From the NCBI RefSeq assembly GCF_009914755.1, contig NC_060932.1: a DNA stretch of 64,000 bases, one strand, 5' to 3'. Each line of letters begins with the position of its first letter. Within the stretch, counting starts at the first letter, position 1. This document shows positions 1-13,696 of this stretch, piece after piece. The notes under the pieces were generated by a model. It saw only the letters and a list, made by a program, of their open reading frames with translations. It did not search any database and was not told the DNA's origin. This DNA comes from the human T2T-CHM13v2.0 reference genome, Homo sapiens. The position numbers and the translations under genes are program-made.

Positions 1-899
1 ATGAAGAAAAAGAACATTTAGATATACCCTAAAGAGAGGAAAAGGAGTGAGAACTGTGTGAATAAGTTAGAGAGAAAGACTCTGGTAAGAATGGGACTGA
101 TGGATTTGGTTGGGGGTAGGCTACATACAGAAGTAACTAGAGAAACAATTGAAAATGAATGACAGATTAGTGAGTGTTGATAATCAGTTTAAGATTTTTG
201 CATGATAATAAGGAACAACTTAAGGAAATTTTTTAAAATGTCTTTCATTTGATTTTTAGCAAGAAAATTATCTATAAAGGAATTTAAACATAAAAAATAA
301 TCAAGACATTGTTAGCTTCAAAAAGGCTGTTAAATCAATCCAAGTGAAAAGCAACAAGGTTTAGCAAAGTACAAACAAAAAGGGAAAAACAATTAAGACA
401 TGGTATAATTGAAACTGTGAAGCAACATAGATCAGCTTTTAGAGGGATGACGGTCAAAAATGAGACAAGGGCTACACTGCCTATAGAGTATCACAAAGGA
501 AAAGCATAAAAATGAAGAGGATAACTAGCTTAAATGCTCTTTAATTCACAGAATTCTCCAACAGAGGTTATGCAATCTCTACTTAGATTATTCAAATGTA
601 TCAAATTGCTTTCAAGCAAAAGGGCATTGATGTTGAAGTCCGATGGCTTCAATATAAAAATGGACCACCCTTTAGAGCAAAGGAGATCTACCTGGTTCCC
701 ATGGCAAGCTTTGATAAACGTCAATCAAAGGTACTCACATTGTCATGTTCATGACAATGGTCAGGTCTTGGCTTTCAGGCTGTATAGAGCTGGATATTTC
801 ATAAATCATACTTATCAAAGAAATCTCTGCACAAATGCTGTACTAGATGCTAGTCTCTGCCTCCAGGAAACTCACTGACCAGTGGGGAAGGAGACCATG

Positions 900-1140
900 T
901 TTCCTCCACTCTGTGTCACTTCCTCACTACCTACTCAGTCCCTAACACTTTGTAATCTGATTTCCCCCAACTTCTCAGCGGAAACACCTACTTCAAGTTA
1001 CGTCAATCTAGACACCAAACTGAATAGCTTCTACTTGGTTCTGATTTACTTTGCTCTATTCTGCAATATTTGAAACTATTGGTCATCTTTTTGGTCATAT
1101 ATCTATTTCCTCTCTTAATCACTACTCTTTCCTCAGCACT
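900..1140 (+). mobile_element. Ancient LINE-2 (L2) RT-region fragment
   Basis: Degenerate match to the L2 RT segment (S.ET...K....L...LVLI.....AFDT.DH), e.g. 'tctgcaatatttgaaactattggtcat'. Boundaries approximate. Confidence 0.5.
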
Positions 1141-1160
1141 TTCAGTGTAGGCTGATGCAA

Positions 1161-1161
<1 letters not shown>

Positions 1162-1203
<42 letters not shown>
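1162..1203. repeat. (CA)n microsatellite
   Basis: About 20 uninterrupted CA units. Confidence 0.97.
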
Positions 1204-1205
<2 letters not shown>

Positions 1206-1337
1206 TCACTCACATACATCTTTTTATTTTTCTCTTCCATTGATTGCTGTAACACTTTTCTCTATTAGTTTTTCTGACAAGTTTCTTTTACTTTCCCACT
1301 CTTTATCTGTCTTTCTTCCTTTCTTTAATCCTTAGTA

Positions 1338-1688
1338 CGGTTATGCAATGCATAACAATGTTTCAGTCAGTGACTGAGTGACCGCACTTACAAGGGTAGT
1401 CCGATAAGATTATAATACTGTATTTTTACTGTACCTTTTCTATGTTTAGATATATTTACATACACAAATACTTACCATTGCATTACTATTGCCTACAGTA
1501 TTTAGTACAGTAACATGCTGTAAAGGTTTGTGGCCCAGGAATAATAGGCTACACCATATAGCATAGCTGTGTAGTAGGCTACACTATCTAGCTTTGTGTA
1601 AGTTCATGCCATGATGTTCACATAATGACAAAATTGTCTAATGACACATTTCTCACAACATAGCCCATTCGTAAGTGATGCATGATAT
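1338..1688 (+). mobile_element. Tigger3a (Golem/MER7-type) non-autonomous TcMar DNA transposon
   Basis: Matches the recalled consensus along its length ('ataagattataatactgtatttttactgtaccttttctatgtttagat', 'gcctacagtatttagtacagtaacatgctg'); preceded by TA. Confidence 0.85.
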
Positions 1689-1799
1689 CATAGGTTTCTG
1701 CTAAGGTGCTTCCTGGGATCTTTTGTCTAATTTAAATGCTCATTTTGTTGTTGTTGACATCATTGACTCTCATAGATAGAAGCCTTAAACATCCTATGG

Positions 1800-3250
1800 A
1801 AATAAAAGAGCACAAGCAGTCTTTGGTAATAGTAAGTAGTTTGTGAAAGCCACAGCTTAGACTGGGGAAGTCTGAGAGTGCTGGAGGGAAGACTGCTGAG
1901 ATAGGCAAGGCCAGGTCCTGGGGAACTTCTGGGTCAGAATAAAGTCAGACCGAATCCTATAGGCAAAAGAGAACAATTGAAACATTGTCAGCTGTGGCAT
2001 CAGGGTCACATTGTATTGTTTGTTTTAGAAGGACCACAGTGCAGTGGAGTAGAGGATATTCAAAGCAAGAATGACAATTAGTTTCAACTAGTGTTCAAAC
2101 TACATAAACTGGCACTGTGTTGAAGAGGATTCTGAGGCTATGCTCAGGCTAATGTAGAAAAAAAGCCTTAATTTTGTATCCAGGTATGACTGTTATCCCA
2201 GGAAGAACTTCCAAAAATATGTGTGCTGCCATTGTATCACTTCCAAAAAGAATGCATTTGACTTCACCATGCAGTATCTAGAAAATGTGAGGCATATTGA
2301 GGAATCGATGGAAATATAAGTCAAGGAAAGATTCAGCTTCCAAGAGAAATAATATTTTTCCCTATTGTTAAAAATAAGTGTGGTTTTCAAGAGCACAGTA
2401 GCAGAGACATGCAGATCATGTGACAGGTATTTGCCATCAAAGGGCTGGTAAGTGAAGCAAGACCAGGAGAATGATGGGAGGAGCAGTTAGGAAGCTGTTG
2501 ATGAATCCAAAATGGAAATGATGAAGTTCTAAATTAAGCTAATGTCCATGGTGCTCGAGAGAAGAGGATGGATTTGAGTGATATTAAAGATGTAATTGAA
2601 ATCATTGACAGAACCCTGAGATCATGATAATTTAATTGGAAGGTTGAAGATGAAGTGCTTATAAAGAAAACACAATAAAGGTCTTAGAGACATGAAGAAA
2701 ACCCAGAGAGAGTGGTGTCACAAAAAGCCAATTCTAGTTCAGGAAGAAGGAAAAGTGTTGCAGAAAGGTGAAGTAGGAGGTGACTGAAAGGTGTCTATTG
2801 AATTTCTGCTGCTAGGATAATTGACCCCAGCCAGAACAATTTCAGTGCACTAGTGGGAAGGGAAGCTAAGTTAACTATCTTCATTTTCTCATCTCTCATT
2901 CACCCCTTTCAAGAAACCTAGGCTATAAAAGCTAGGAAGGTGAAGCTATGAAAAACTGAAGGTCATTTCACTTTTTGCTGTTGTTTTTCAGATGGTAAAT
3001 GTATTAGCATGTTTACAGGTAAAAGAGAGCTCTATTTGGGAGGGGGAATACAGAAAATGCAGGAGAGAGGGTCCCTGCATTCTGCTGCTGGTAGCAAAAG
3101 TGGGACAATTAGACTAGGAACAAGAAAGAAGGAAACAAGAAAGTGGGTGTGGATGCAAATCAATTTTTAAGTGTGGGGAAGGAAGCTAAGGGAAACCAAA
3201 TATGATAGACTTATTTTGTTTAGTCAGCTAGGCCTATTTCCTGAGAGAGA
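1800..3250 (-). mobile_element. Highly diverged L2 fragments
   Basis: Purine-rich antisense-L2-like motifs ('gatggatttgagtgatattaaagatgta', 'ccagaacaatttcagtg'). Boundaries approximate. Confidence 0.4.
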
Positions 3251-4302
3251 GGTGGGATAGAAGACTTCAGAATAATAATGACATTCATACCATTATTATG
3301 GTAAAAATTATGTTTTGGTATAATTTACAAAGACATTCATTATTATTCATAATGAATAAAGGTGAATAGCAACAAGTAAAGGATTATTTTGAGCAGCTCT
3401 GAAGACCTACCTATGGTTTTCAATTGGAGTCAGTAGTTCTTATCCTTGCTAGTTCTCTCACTGTGATAAAATCTGCACTTGGCTATTTGGGACAATACTA
3501 GAACGAGAGGCCTGCTTCTCCCCCTGATTCTTGAGTTTGGTGCCCCTGAGTGAGTGGGTGGAGGAAACACTCAGGTCATAAAATGAAGCTAATTATTTCT
3601 CAATGAGTTCCTGAAGGAAGCCTTGGGAACTTTGTCCACAGGGATGACTCTTCTAACTTCATGTGCTTTTCATAGAATTATCCTATCAGATCCCTGTAGA
3701 GACTACTTATGAGGTGCTATCCACTGGCTGCCTAGCACCAAAACTATAATCAGCTTGGGTCTTTCACCACATACTAGGAAGCTATGTTTTCTTTAGATGC
3801 CTCTAGAGTAAAAGCTTCAGTCTTTAGTTTGGTCCTGTTCTAATTGACAATCCCTATCTTTCCCCAGTAAAAATCCATGAGTTTTCTCCTCATCTGATTA
3901 ATACCAGTGAGCAACTCCACCAGAGGACAGAAAGCCAATAGGCTGTTTCCAATAACTGACTCAGCATGCTCTATTTTGGATGTGATAAGACTGACTTCTA
4001 GAGCCATGAGCTGTTGAACCACAACTGTGGTTTATAGATACTAAATAACAGGTTATTACACATAACTGTAAATATTCCATTTGACAGCCTCAAGAGGTAC
4101 AGACCATGATGATTAATTATTCTTATGGCTTGTGGCTGGTTGATTTTTTGAAGGCATAGGTCCCAATGGGTTGGCATTTTAATTATACACAAATGTATAT
4201 GTGTGTGTATGATATATGTAGATATGTGTGTATGAACACACACACATATACACAAAATTCAGCCTTTAGAAAACTTGTCAGCTCTTGTATAAGAATGGCA
4301 AT

Positions 4303-4767
4303 GGGTTCATTTACCCTTTGGTAGGAATGATGAGCACCACGCCAGGACTGCCCACTCAGCGCTGCTTTTGTGACATAGATTTTGATACTGAAACAGAACA
4401 AGTTAAAGCCTTGTTCCAAATGGACATGGCTCTCACAGAACCAGATCCAGGCTCCTAAAACAGACTAATCCTTGCCTTTTTGGTGCAGTTGGAGAAGAAA
4501 TTGAATTTGAAAAATGTCTGTTATGCAATGTTGAAGACATGGAGAAATAGGCCAAAGATTTCTTCTTCCTTCAAGATGAATTCTGTTCTCGATGGAGTAT
4601 AGTGTTCAGCAAAAGGACCTCCACCAAGTCTAGAAACTAATTTATTTCTGTCAAGAAACTAATTTATTTCTGTTTCTGTAGTGTTTACATTATTTCTACT
4701 GCTTACACTTTAGAATGTTTATTTTATGGGGACTAAGGGATTAAAAGAGTGTGAACTAAAAAACAAA
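4303..4767 (+). pseudogene. 5'-truncated processed pseudogene of MTHFD1L (last ~38 codons plus 3' UTR)
   Basis: 4303-4419 translates [39 protein letters not shown], versus the recalled MTHFD1L C-terminus [38 protein letters not shown]. The stop position reads CAA. An MTHFD1L-like 3' UTR follows, with ATTAAA at 4740-4745 and an A-rich tail at 4758-4767. Confidence 0.9.
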
Positions 4768-4924
4768 TTTTTTTAAAAGAATTGTTCCTAGAGAAAAGGG
4801 ATTGAGACTGTAATGAGAAGGTGGTGGGATTCACTCTCTCATCACTGTCAGCCTTGCAGGGGCTGCTGCTGTGAATAAAATCTTGCTTTACCTCCTGATT
4901 TGAATTAGTGATGGTTTGACTCAG

Positions 4925-5210
4925 TTTATGGGTCCACATGCCTTCATCCACAATTACAAAATCCCAAAAGCTCTGTGAGCAACAGTGGTTTTACAAATGT
5001 ATGAAAAAAATATATTTGGTGTCAAAATCTGACATCAGTTGAGGTGAGATGATCTACAGTTTCAATTATCTCACTTAGTGTGAATTATTTCCTTCAGAAA
5101 TATTAGTGCTTTATGGTTACAGAGTGCCCCGTCTCCACAATTTGGTCTGTTCTGGTCTATGTAATGTATAACATATGAAAAGAATCTGAATATATTACAA
5201 AATAGCATCC
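4925..5210. mobile_element. Old TcMar-Tigger (Tigger15a-like) fragment
   Basis: 'aaatcccaaaagctctg...tttggtgtcaaaatctgac...tctcacttagtgtgaat' resembles the recalled consensus. Confidence 0.4.
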
Positions 5211-5618
5211 TTTGCTTGTAAGTAGCTAAAACACTAATTGGGGAAATTTCTAAAAAATGTGATGCTTTCACAACAGTCATTTAATTTGGAGGAGAAAAAT
5301 CAGCTGTTACAGAATTAAAAATTCGTTGTTGAAAGATTATTTTGGAGGCTGCAAGTAACTAAATTTAACCTTTACACTACTTTCCCAAAATGGTGACATT
5401 GTGACTGCAGTTACAAAGAAAGCCCCATATTAAAACATATCATCCCCAAAGATTTCAAAATAAAAAATGGGAGCCTGTACTTGTATCCATCCTGTCAAAA
5501 TGTGAGTGCTGTTCGCGTCAACATTGAATGACATTTGGATGATCTTTTAACCTTTATTTTTCTTTAACCCAGTGGCTCCTAAACTTTACTGCACATCAGA
5601 ATCACTTGAGCATCTTTA

Positions 5619-5742
5619 TTTTTTTATTTTTAAAAAATTTTATGGAATGCTTCATGAATTTACATGTCATCCTTGAGCAGTGGTCATGCTAATCTTCTCT
5701 GTATTGTTCCAGTTTTAGTTTATGTTCTGCCGAAGCAAGCAC
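5619..5742 (-). pseudogene. U6 snRNA retro-pseudogene (RNU6-P type)
   Basis: The reverse complement reads GTGCTTGCTTCGGCAGAACATAAACTAAAACTGGAACAATACAGAGAAGATTAGCATG...TTCCATA. It is full length with multiple substitutions, an A-rich tail and TSD ATCTTTA (5612-5618 / 5743-5749). Confidence 0.93.
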
Positions 5743-5765
5743 ATCTTTAAAAAATACTCAATACT

Positions 5766-6048
5766 CTGCCTCGGCCTCCCAAAGTGCTGGGATTACAGGC
5801 GTAAGCCTTCAAGACCAACCTGGCCAACATGGCGAAATCTGTCTCTACTAAAAATACAAAATTAGCTGGGCGTGGTGGCACGCACCTGTAATCCCAGCTA
5901 CTCAGGAGGCTGATTCAGGAGAATCACTTGAACCCGGGAGGTGGAGTTTGCAGTGAGCCAAGATCAAGATTGCACCACTGTACTCCAGCCTAGGCAACAA
6001 GAGTGAAACTCCGTCTCAATTAAAAAACAAAACAAAACAAAACAAAAA
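5766..6048 (+). mobile_element. AluS with inverted 5' segment
   Basis: 5766-5807 is antisense Alu 5' end; sense Alu from 5808 ('ttcaagacc') to an (AAAAC)n tail. Confidence 0.9.
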
Positions 6049-9000
6049 CTAAAGTCTGGCTACCTTCTCCAAACATTCTGAATTAATTAAGATGGAATGT
6101 GACCGGGCATCAGGGTTAAAGTGTCTTCAAGAGACTCAGTGTATAGCAAAGTTTGGGGATTCCTGTTTTAACATGAAGCAGAGTTACTTCTGGTGACACG
6201 TACCTCAACAGAGCAAGCCTAGACACCCTGAGGAATGTTTTCTGACACTTGAATTAAATTATACTGTATAGATACCACGCTTGTGTGAGAGCACCACAAG
6301 CTGCTTTGCTTTGTGATGGGTTTTCCATTTGTGGTTTGTTTTTTACATGGGGCTTTCTTTGTAACTACAGTCACAGTGTCACCATTTTATATCATGACAG
6401 CACAAAGACCTTTAATTTTCCATCCTAATTATACACTTCATATTTGTGTAATTTGGGGAAAGTAGTGTAATGCTTAGATGTAGTTACTTATAGCCTCCAA
6501 AATAATCTTTCAACAACCAACCGATAGTTATTTATATAACAACTAATTGTTCTCCTCTAAATTAAATGATTGTTTTGAAAGCATCACATTTCTTTAAGAA
6601 ATTTGCCCAAATAGTGTGTTAGCTATTTACAAACAAAGGATGTTATTTTGTAATATATTCTCAGCTGAACTGTCTCCAATTTAGGTTGTGAGCACTTACA
6701 AATAAGAAAAGGAAAATGAATAAACAAAAGGAAAAGTTTCCAGGAAGGCTGGAGGTCAGTTTAATTTCCATTTGGTTTCAGATTCTATATCCTATTTATT
6801 TACTTGTACAAACTTAATAATTTCAGAATTAGTGCCTTCCCAGATGCATGTAATTTATGCCAACTTTATGAAGACACAGGAGAGGTTTGATTAAGTGTCT
6901 AGAACATGCTGGATTTCAAGAATGAGAGAAATCACTTTTTCAGTGTTAAAAATGGGAATATAAAAGCACATAGATTGTTAACATTGCAAAGAAATTGAGA
7001 AAAATTTAAATGTTTTTCAACTGATGCAGAAGGAAACTTCTCCTAGTTGGTGATTGAGTTATAATGTAGCAAATTCACTTCAGCTTATGGAAAATGTTTT
7101 TTATTGTTAAAGAAGGCGAATGAATTAGTGATAAGCTTTGTCAGCAGGGAGCCTGCGGCAGTCATTTTCCCAAGGGAAAAAAGACTAAAAAGTATACATT
7201 TAGTATTTGTCACAACTTAAAAGAAAATAAATTGCATTCACCACTGTCTGTGTGGCTAGTTCTGTTACTGGAGCTTCAAAACGAGAATTTGTTTTCACAA
7301 ACAGATGCTGTTTTACTCAGCGTTTTGCATTGCTAGCATCCAAACAATTAAGGTACAGCCAGCTCCAGAATTTGTGAAGCAATATAGTGAGAAGCACACC
7401 TTTATTAAGCATTATTTAAAAGATGGTTTTGTTTGTTTGTTCTACCTGTTTTGCTCATCCAGAAACTGGAATCCAGACTGCAGTTGTCAATAGGAGGCTA
7501 CTGAGAAGAGAGAAAATATTCTGATAATTGGGGCATATCTTTTATTTGAGAGATCATAACAAGCAAACAAGGATTATCTGAGATAACCAGGTCCATACTG
7601 TGGAGTGAACTATTAAGTTAACTCTAAGTATGCTAAAGCATGAACATATATTTAGAATTGCAAGTGGTATGCTTGTGGTACCATTTAGCATCAGTGTGAG
7701 CATCACATCTTGCCTCACTAGGGAGCTGTTAAACCACCACTGGAGTATGAGAGAGAGAGAGAAATGTTATTTATGCCCTAAGCCAATGGAAATCCTCTTT
7801 TGTTGTAATGGTCTTAGTCTGGGATACTTTGTCTTGGACTCTGCTGATCCTTCTCTGTGCCCTAAGCTTGCCTGCCCTGGAATAATTGCTTCCTTGTATT
7901 TAGGCTTATGAACCATTTGCAGAGAATTCTGTCTCTGTCTGCAGTTGCTCATAATTCACACTTCATCAGCTTTCTGTATCTACAGCTGCTGCTATTTCTA
8001 ATGGCTATTACACAGATCCAGGCAAAGCTGAGAGTTAAAGTTTGAAATTTTTCTCTATGTCACAGTCTGCTATGCTAGGAAGAATTTCTTCCTATCCACA
8101 GCATGCTCTTGTTCTCAGGGCTTGGTCTATCACTCTCCCTACCCCATCCCACCCTGAGCTGCACTGCAATGGCATAAGAGCGCTTTGCCTTCAGCTTCAG
8201 GAGAAATATGTAGGCAGTCACGGTGGAATGGAAAACTGCCAGTCTTCATAGATTTTTTTTTTTTTTAATAGAAAGACTCCCCTACAGGGCATAGTAACAC
8301 TAGAGCGTTCTCAAATATACCACCCATGCACACCTCCTGCTCAACCCCTGACAAACAAACAGAATCAATTCAGGATTTGTGGTTTGTTAATTGATCAGTT
8401 TCACCCTGACTTCTGAGTGAGAAAGAGTAGTAGAGACGATAAGATTCTGAGGGTGAAGAACTTAATATCCAAATGAGTTCAATGTTTATCTTTATTTTGC
8501 TTTATTGTATTTTATTTTATTTTTATCTATCTCAAGTCCAGTCACTAGCAATCCTGCTATTTTATTCATTCAGGACACATTGATGAGGTTTCATGTGGGG
8601 CCAGACATCATGTCAGTTGCTGGGAATAAAACATGACCAGGATGCTCTTCTGCCCCCAGGTGTCTTCATTCATGGTCTACATGCATTTTTTATTGCAGCT
8701 GAGCTTCTAGCTGTGTGCCTTCATGTGTAGTCGCACAAGGCCATCTTCTTTGGAGAACATCCTAGTCAAGGGCATCTATCACTTGGTCCTGGTGCAGCTC
8801 CCAGAACCCCAAAGATCCCTTTTATTAACAGTGGTTCTCAGTTCCAAATGTCTACACCCTGTGTCTCCCCAAAGAAGACATCAATACATTCATAAAAGAC
8901 AATTTCAGTTTCTTCCATTACTTTTAAAGCTTTATTATTTTTTTAATATGAAAGAGATCCGATTGGGGAGATAATCTGGCAGTACTTTTTTCTTGAAAGC

Positions 9001-9310
9001 AGGCAAAGAAAAAACAGTGAAAAAAAGAAAAGAAAAACAGAAACATTGTGTAAACCTCAATGCAGCATTGGATGTATGGGGGAGGGGACACTTAATAGAT
9101 ATTGAGTTAAATTGGGCTGAATTAAAACCTGAGTAGAGCTGTGTGTATTGTGAAGTCTCCCTGCCTTGTGAGAAGAGCTATTTAATTGAGAATGGTTATT
9201 TCTTTCTAGATGTCCTGGAACATATTGTGTTGTCTACTCATACACCTTTTTACACTTCCACCTTTCCAGATTATGTAGCTATAAAACTAGATCCGCAAGT
9301 AGTCAGTGTC

Positions 9311-9674
9311 TGCATTAGTTTGTTCTCACACTGCTATAACTAACTACCTGAGATTGCGTAGTTTATATAAAAAAAAAAAAGAGGTTTAATTGACTCGTGG
9401 TTCCCCAGGCTGAACAGGAGGCATGGCTGGGAGGCTTCAGGAAACTTACAATCATGGTGGAAGGTGAAGGGGAAGCAGGCACATCTTACCATGGCGGAGC
9501 AGGAGAAGGAGAGAGTGAAAAAGCAAGTGCTACACACTAGAACTCCATCACAAGAGCAGCAAGGGAGAAGTCCGCTCCAATGATTAAATCACCTCCCACC
9601 AGGTCCTCCTGCAACACGTGGGGATTTCAATGCAACATGATATTTGGGTGGGGACACAGAGCCAAACCATATCA
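9311..9674 (-). mobile_element. MaLR solo LTR (MSTA/THE1-type)
   Basis: Typical motifs 'gaggtttaattgactc', 'ggaaacttacaatcatggtggaaggtgaagggg', end 'ccaaaccatatca'; 5-bp TSD GTGTC/GTATC. Confidence 0.88.
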
Positions 9675-10160
9675 GTATCATTACTCTGTGTCTATACCAA
9701 TATTTGACTCCATACCTTACCACAATGAAAATGTGGATGGGAGGACAGGGAGACATCCAAGGTAGATCTCGGCAGTAGGACTTAACACCTCAGTAATGGC
9801 GGATGGGAATGCTAGTGTTCAGGCTCTCATTCTAATCCTGAGATCACACCAGGCCTGCTTCAGAGCTGAGGGAAATGTGATGGGTATGACAGAACTTCAC
9901 AACAATGTCTCCTTCATTCGAATTCTCCTCAGCTACCTAATAATGCCCCCATATCTAAATATTACACTACCTAAAATGCAGGACAAAAACTGACATTAGA
10001 GGTTGTTATTTTATCTTGGATTTCTGTGGAATTTTTTGCTTAACATAGCAATGGTAGCCATACCCCAAGCATTTCCTTGGGACTTAATGACTAGATGAGG
10101 TAATTGAGAATGAGTAGTTGAGCTAGTGACATATCGTACACCACCATCATGATGGCTTAA

Positions 10161-10545
<385 letters not shown>

Positions 10546-10803
10546 CATCTCCACCATTCTAGGTCCCCATCCTCAATGTGATCTACCTGATTAGGTCATA
10601 GGCAGAATCTTAAAGTGCAAGACGAGGTTATTCAATTCTGTGGGTCTCTGTGGGAAGGGACATTAGCAAGTCAGTGGGCCGACAATGCATTCTCCTTCCC
10701 TCTCATCTGGTAAAGCCCTCCCTAGAAGATGGAGTGCCCAGGACAAAGCAGTATTTGATCTCATTCCTAGATCATGTTTATCCATGTGAACACGTGCAAC
10801 TCC

Positions 10804-10807
<4 letters not shown>

Positions 10808-10841
<34 letters not shown>
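10808..10841. repeat. (CA)n microsatellite
   Basis: About 17 AC units. Confidence 0.95.
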
Positions 10842-10846
<5 letters not shown>

Positions 10847-11151
10847 AGGAAACTGTGTTAAAATAAGTATCCAGGGAAACCCTTGAAGAGAAATAGCAAG
10901 AAATAATACCAGTGTGCATGCTCTATAAGAATAAGAAGTGTCTTCTCAGGAGGGCCTAGTACTTATACAAGTTGTGTAGTTGAAAACTGTGTCTTTTTGT
11001 ACACAAGCTGGCAGATTCTCCTCTTCCTCCTTCACTGACTACACAGCTCTCTAATGCCATAGGCCTCGCTCCATGTTGGGAAGCCCCTTAGTTAGTTGGG
11101 CCCACAGAGGAGATACTGGTGATAATAACAGCCCTTCTTAAGGATGACAGT

Positions 11152-11262
11152 CTTTTTAATTTTTATGAGTACATAGTAGGTGTGCATATTTATCAAGTAC
11201 ATGAGATATTTTGATACAGACATACAATGTGTAATAATCACATCAGGGGAAATGAAGTACAG
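11152..11262 (-). mobile_element. L1 (L1MA-like) 3' end fragment
   Basis: 'gtacatagtaggtgtgcatatttat..gtacatgagatattttgatacagacatacaatgtgtaataatcacatcaggg'. Confidence 0.75.
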
Positions 11263-12421
11263 GGATGACAGTTTTGGCAAGGCTAATATAAGCCTACAAC
11301 CCTGAGTGCAGCAATTGGAAAGCTGGAAAGAACAACAGAGAAAATCCTGTGCTATTATTGCTGATTTGGTTTTCTTTCAAATGCAAAAGCTCCAATAAAT
11401 GGGTAGTGAAGAATACCAAAATCTGCTAATAAGCCACCTGTATACCAAAGATAATAAATGTAATATGCATAGTAATCAAGGTTTTCCCTCAGGTAGAAAT
11501 TAAATTTTAAAAGAAGAGCTGGAAAATTTTGATAAATAATGATCCATGAACATATCTTTCAAAAGGTATGTTCTTTTAAATATTTGTGTGCCCACATTGC
11601 ACGCAGGGAAGGCAATGTTTGAAGTTGTAACTCTGTCTGCCTTACTCTGGTATGTAACAGGCCCAGCAGTCCTTTACAGGAGGTGGGCTTCCGCTGTTTT
11701 GTGCTCGTTAGACCTAGCCACAGCTGATCTTTTACAGGGATGCAGAAAATGGCTGAACCTGAGGAGACACCTGGTGGAGAATAAAAGCATTCTTCTCTCT
11801 GGGTAAGGTACACTTACTTGTTTTTTCCATAATATTTCAGATGACAAGAGAGCAAGACAATGTCACAGGATCTTTGTGTTTGCTTCTTAGCAGTCTAGAG
11901 ATGTGAAGCAATTACACAAGAAGTAAAAAAGATGTTGTGCTAATTTAGCCCTCCTACTAGTGCAGTTCATACTCAATGAGTTTAATTATGTCCAACATTT
12001 ATTTATTTATTCACTCATCTGTGCATATAGATGCACCAAGGAAGGAGAGGTCTTGGCTCCTGTGTGCAGCTCATGCTGAGCTATGGAGGCAAGACATACA
12101 GTCTCAAGAGTGGGGATTAAGGGTGTAATTGCGTGGGATTAGACCACATCAGAATGCTAAGTGCCAGGTAAGCAGAGAATTGATGAATTAGGGGAGCTCT
12201 CAAAACTGGGGATTAGAAGTGGGGTGTTCAATCAGTAGAAGATTCGGTTGAGCTGAGAGGGAGAAACGGGCACTACATGAGAGTATATGGAAAAAGAAAA
12301 TCACTTGTAGGAACGGTTGGTGGATAGGACGCTGGACTATCTGTCACAGAGGGCTGTGTTTAGGACTCATGAGAGATAAATTGGACTAGATAAGGTACGG
12401 CTTACTAAAAGAAAGTTTCTT

Positions 12422-12703
12422 GGCTGGGTGCGGTGGCTCACTCCTGTAATCCCACCACTTTGGGAGGCCAAGGCAAGTGGATTATTTGAGTTCAGGACTT
12501 CGAGACCAGCCTGGCCAACATGGTGAAACTCTGTCTCTACTAAAAATACAAAAAATTAGCCTGGGGTGGTGGTGTGCGCCTATAATCCCAGCTACTCAGG
12601 GGGCTGACGCAGGAGAATTGCTTGAACCTGGGAGGCAGGGGTTGCAGTAAGCCAAGATCACGCCACTGCACTTCAGCTTAGGCGACAGAGCGAGACTCCA
12701 TCT

Positions 12704-12733
<30 letters not shown>
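12422..12733 (+). mobile_element. AluS, full length
   Basis: Dimeric Alu with poly(A); TSD AAAAGAAAGTTTCTT / AAAAGAGAGTTTCTT. Confidence 0.95.
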
Positions 12734-12737
<4 letters not shown>

Positions 12738-12924
12738 AGTTTCTTAGCATCACAACTAAAAAGCTGTCTACCCACAAATATGTTTAGGAGGAGATCAGGC
12801 TGGCATTATAGAATGTCAACGGTTTTTAAGGCAAAAGGAATGACTGCTTCTCTGTCTCAGTTCCGAACTACCTGTGTAGTTTTGGGCAATGTGTTAGTTA
12901 GTTAGTCCTGCAAAACTGAGCCAA

Positions 12925-13246
<322 letters not shown>

Positions 13247-13696
13247 GAGCCAAAACTCAGTGGCTGCAATGACCAACCATTTCTTACTCTTTACAGGTCT
13301 GGTCAGCTGATCGCAATTGGGTTTAGCCAGGGTGGCTGTGCTCCATGTCCTTCTCATCCTTCTCCTGGGACCCATAAGTCAGCCTGGGCACGTCCTCCTG
13401 ATGGTGGGGGTGGAGGGTCAAGGACATAAATGGAAGCATGCAAGTTGCTTTGAGGCTGGAACTCAGAATGATTGCTTCCCTCTTTTTCTGACGGCCAATG
13501 CAAGTGATAAAGCCAGCGTCCCAGTCAAGGAGTGGGGTAATATTCCCCACTCCTTATGTGACAAATGAAAGTCCCATGGTAAAGAGGATGGATAGAGAAG
13601 AGTGAGAAACTTAGCCAGACATGCCATCTACCACAGGTAATTCTCTTACATTCCTAGACATATTTTCCTCATTTCTAGAACAGGAAAATAATCCAT

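Larger units (their letters stand above)
5570..6165. mobile_element. MER5-type hAT-Charlie element split by U6 and Alu insertions
   Basis: Starts 'cagtggctcctaaactttactgcacatcagaatcacttg'; resumes after the Alu and ends 'caaagtttggggattcctg'. Confidence 0.65.
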
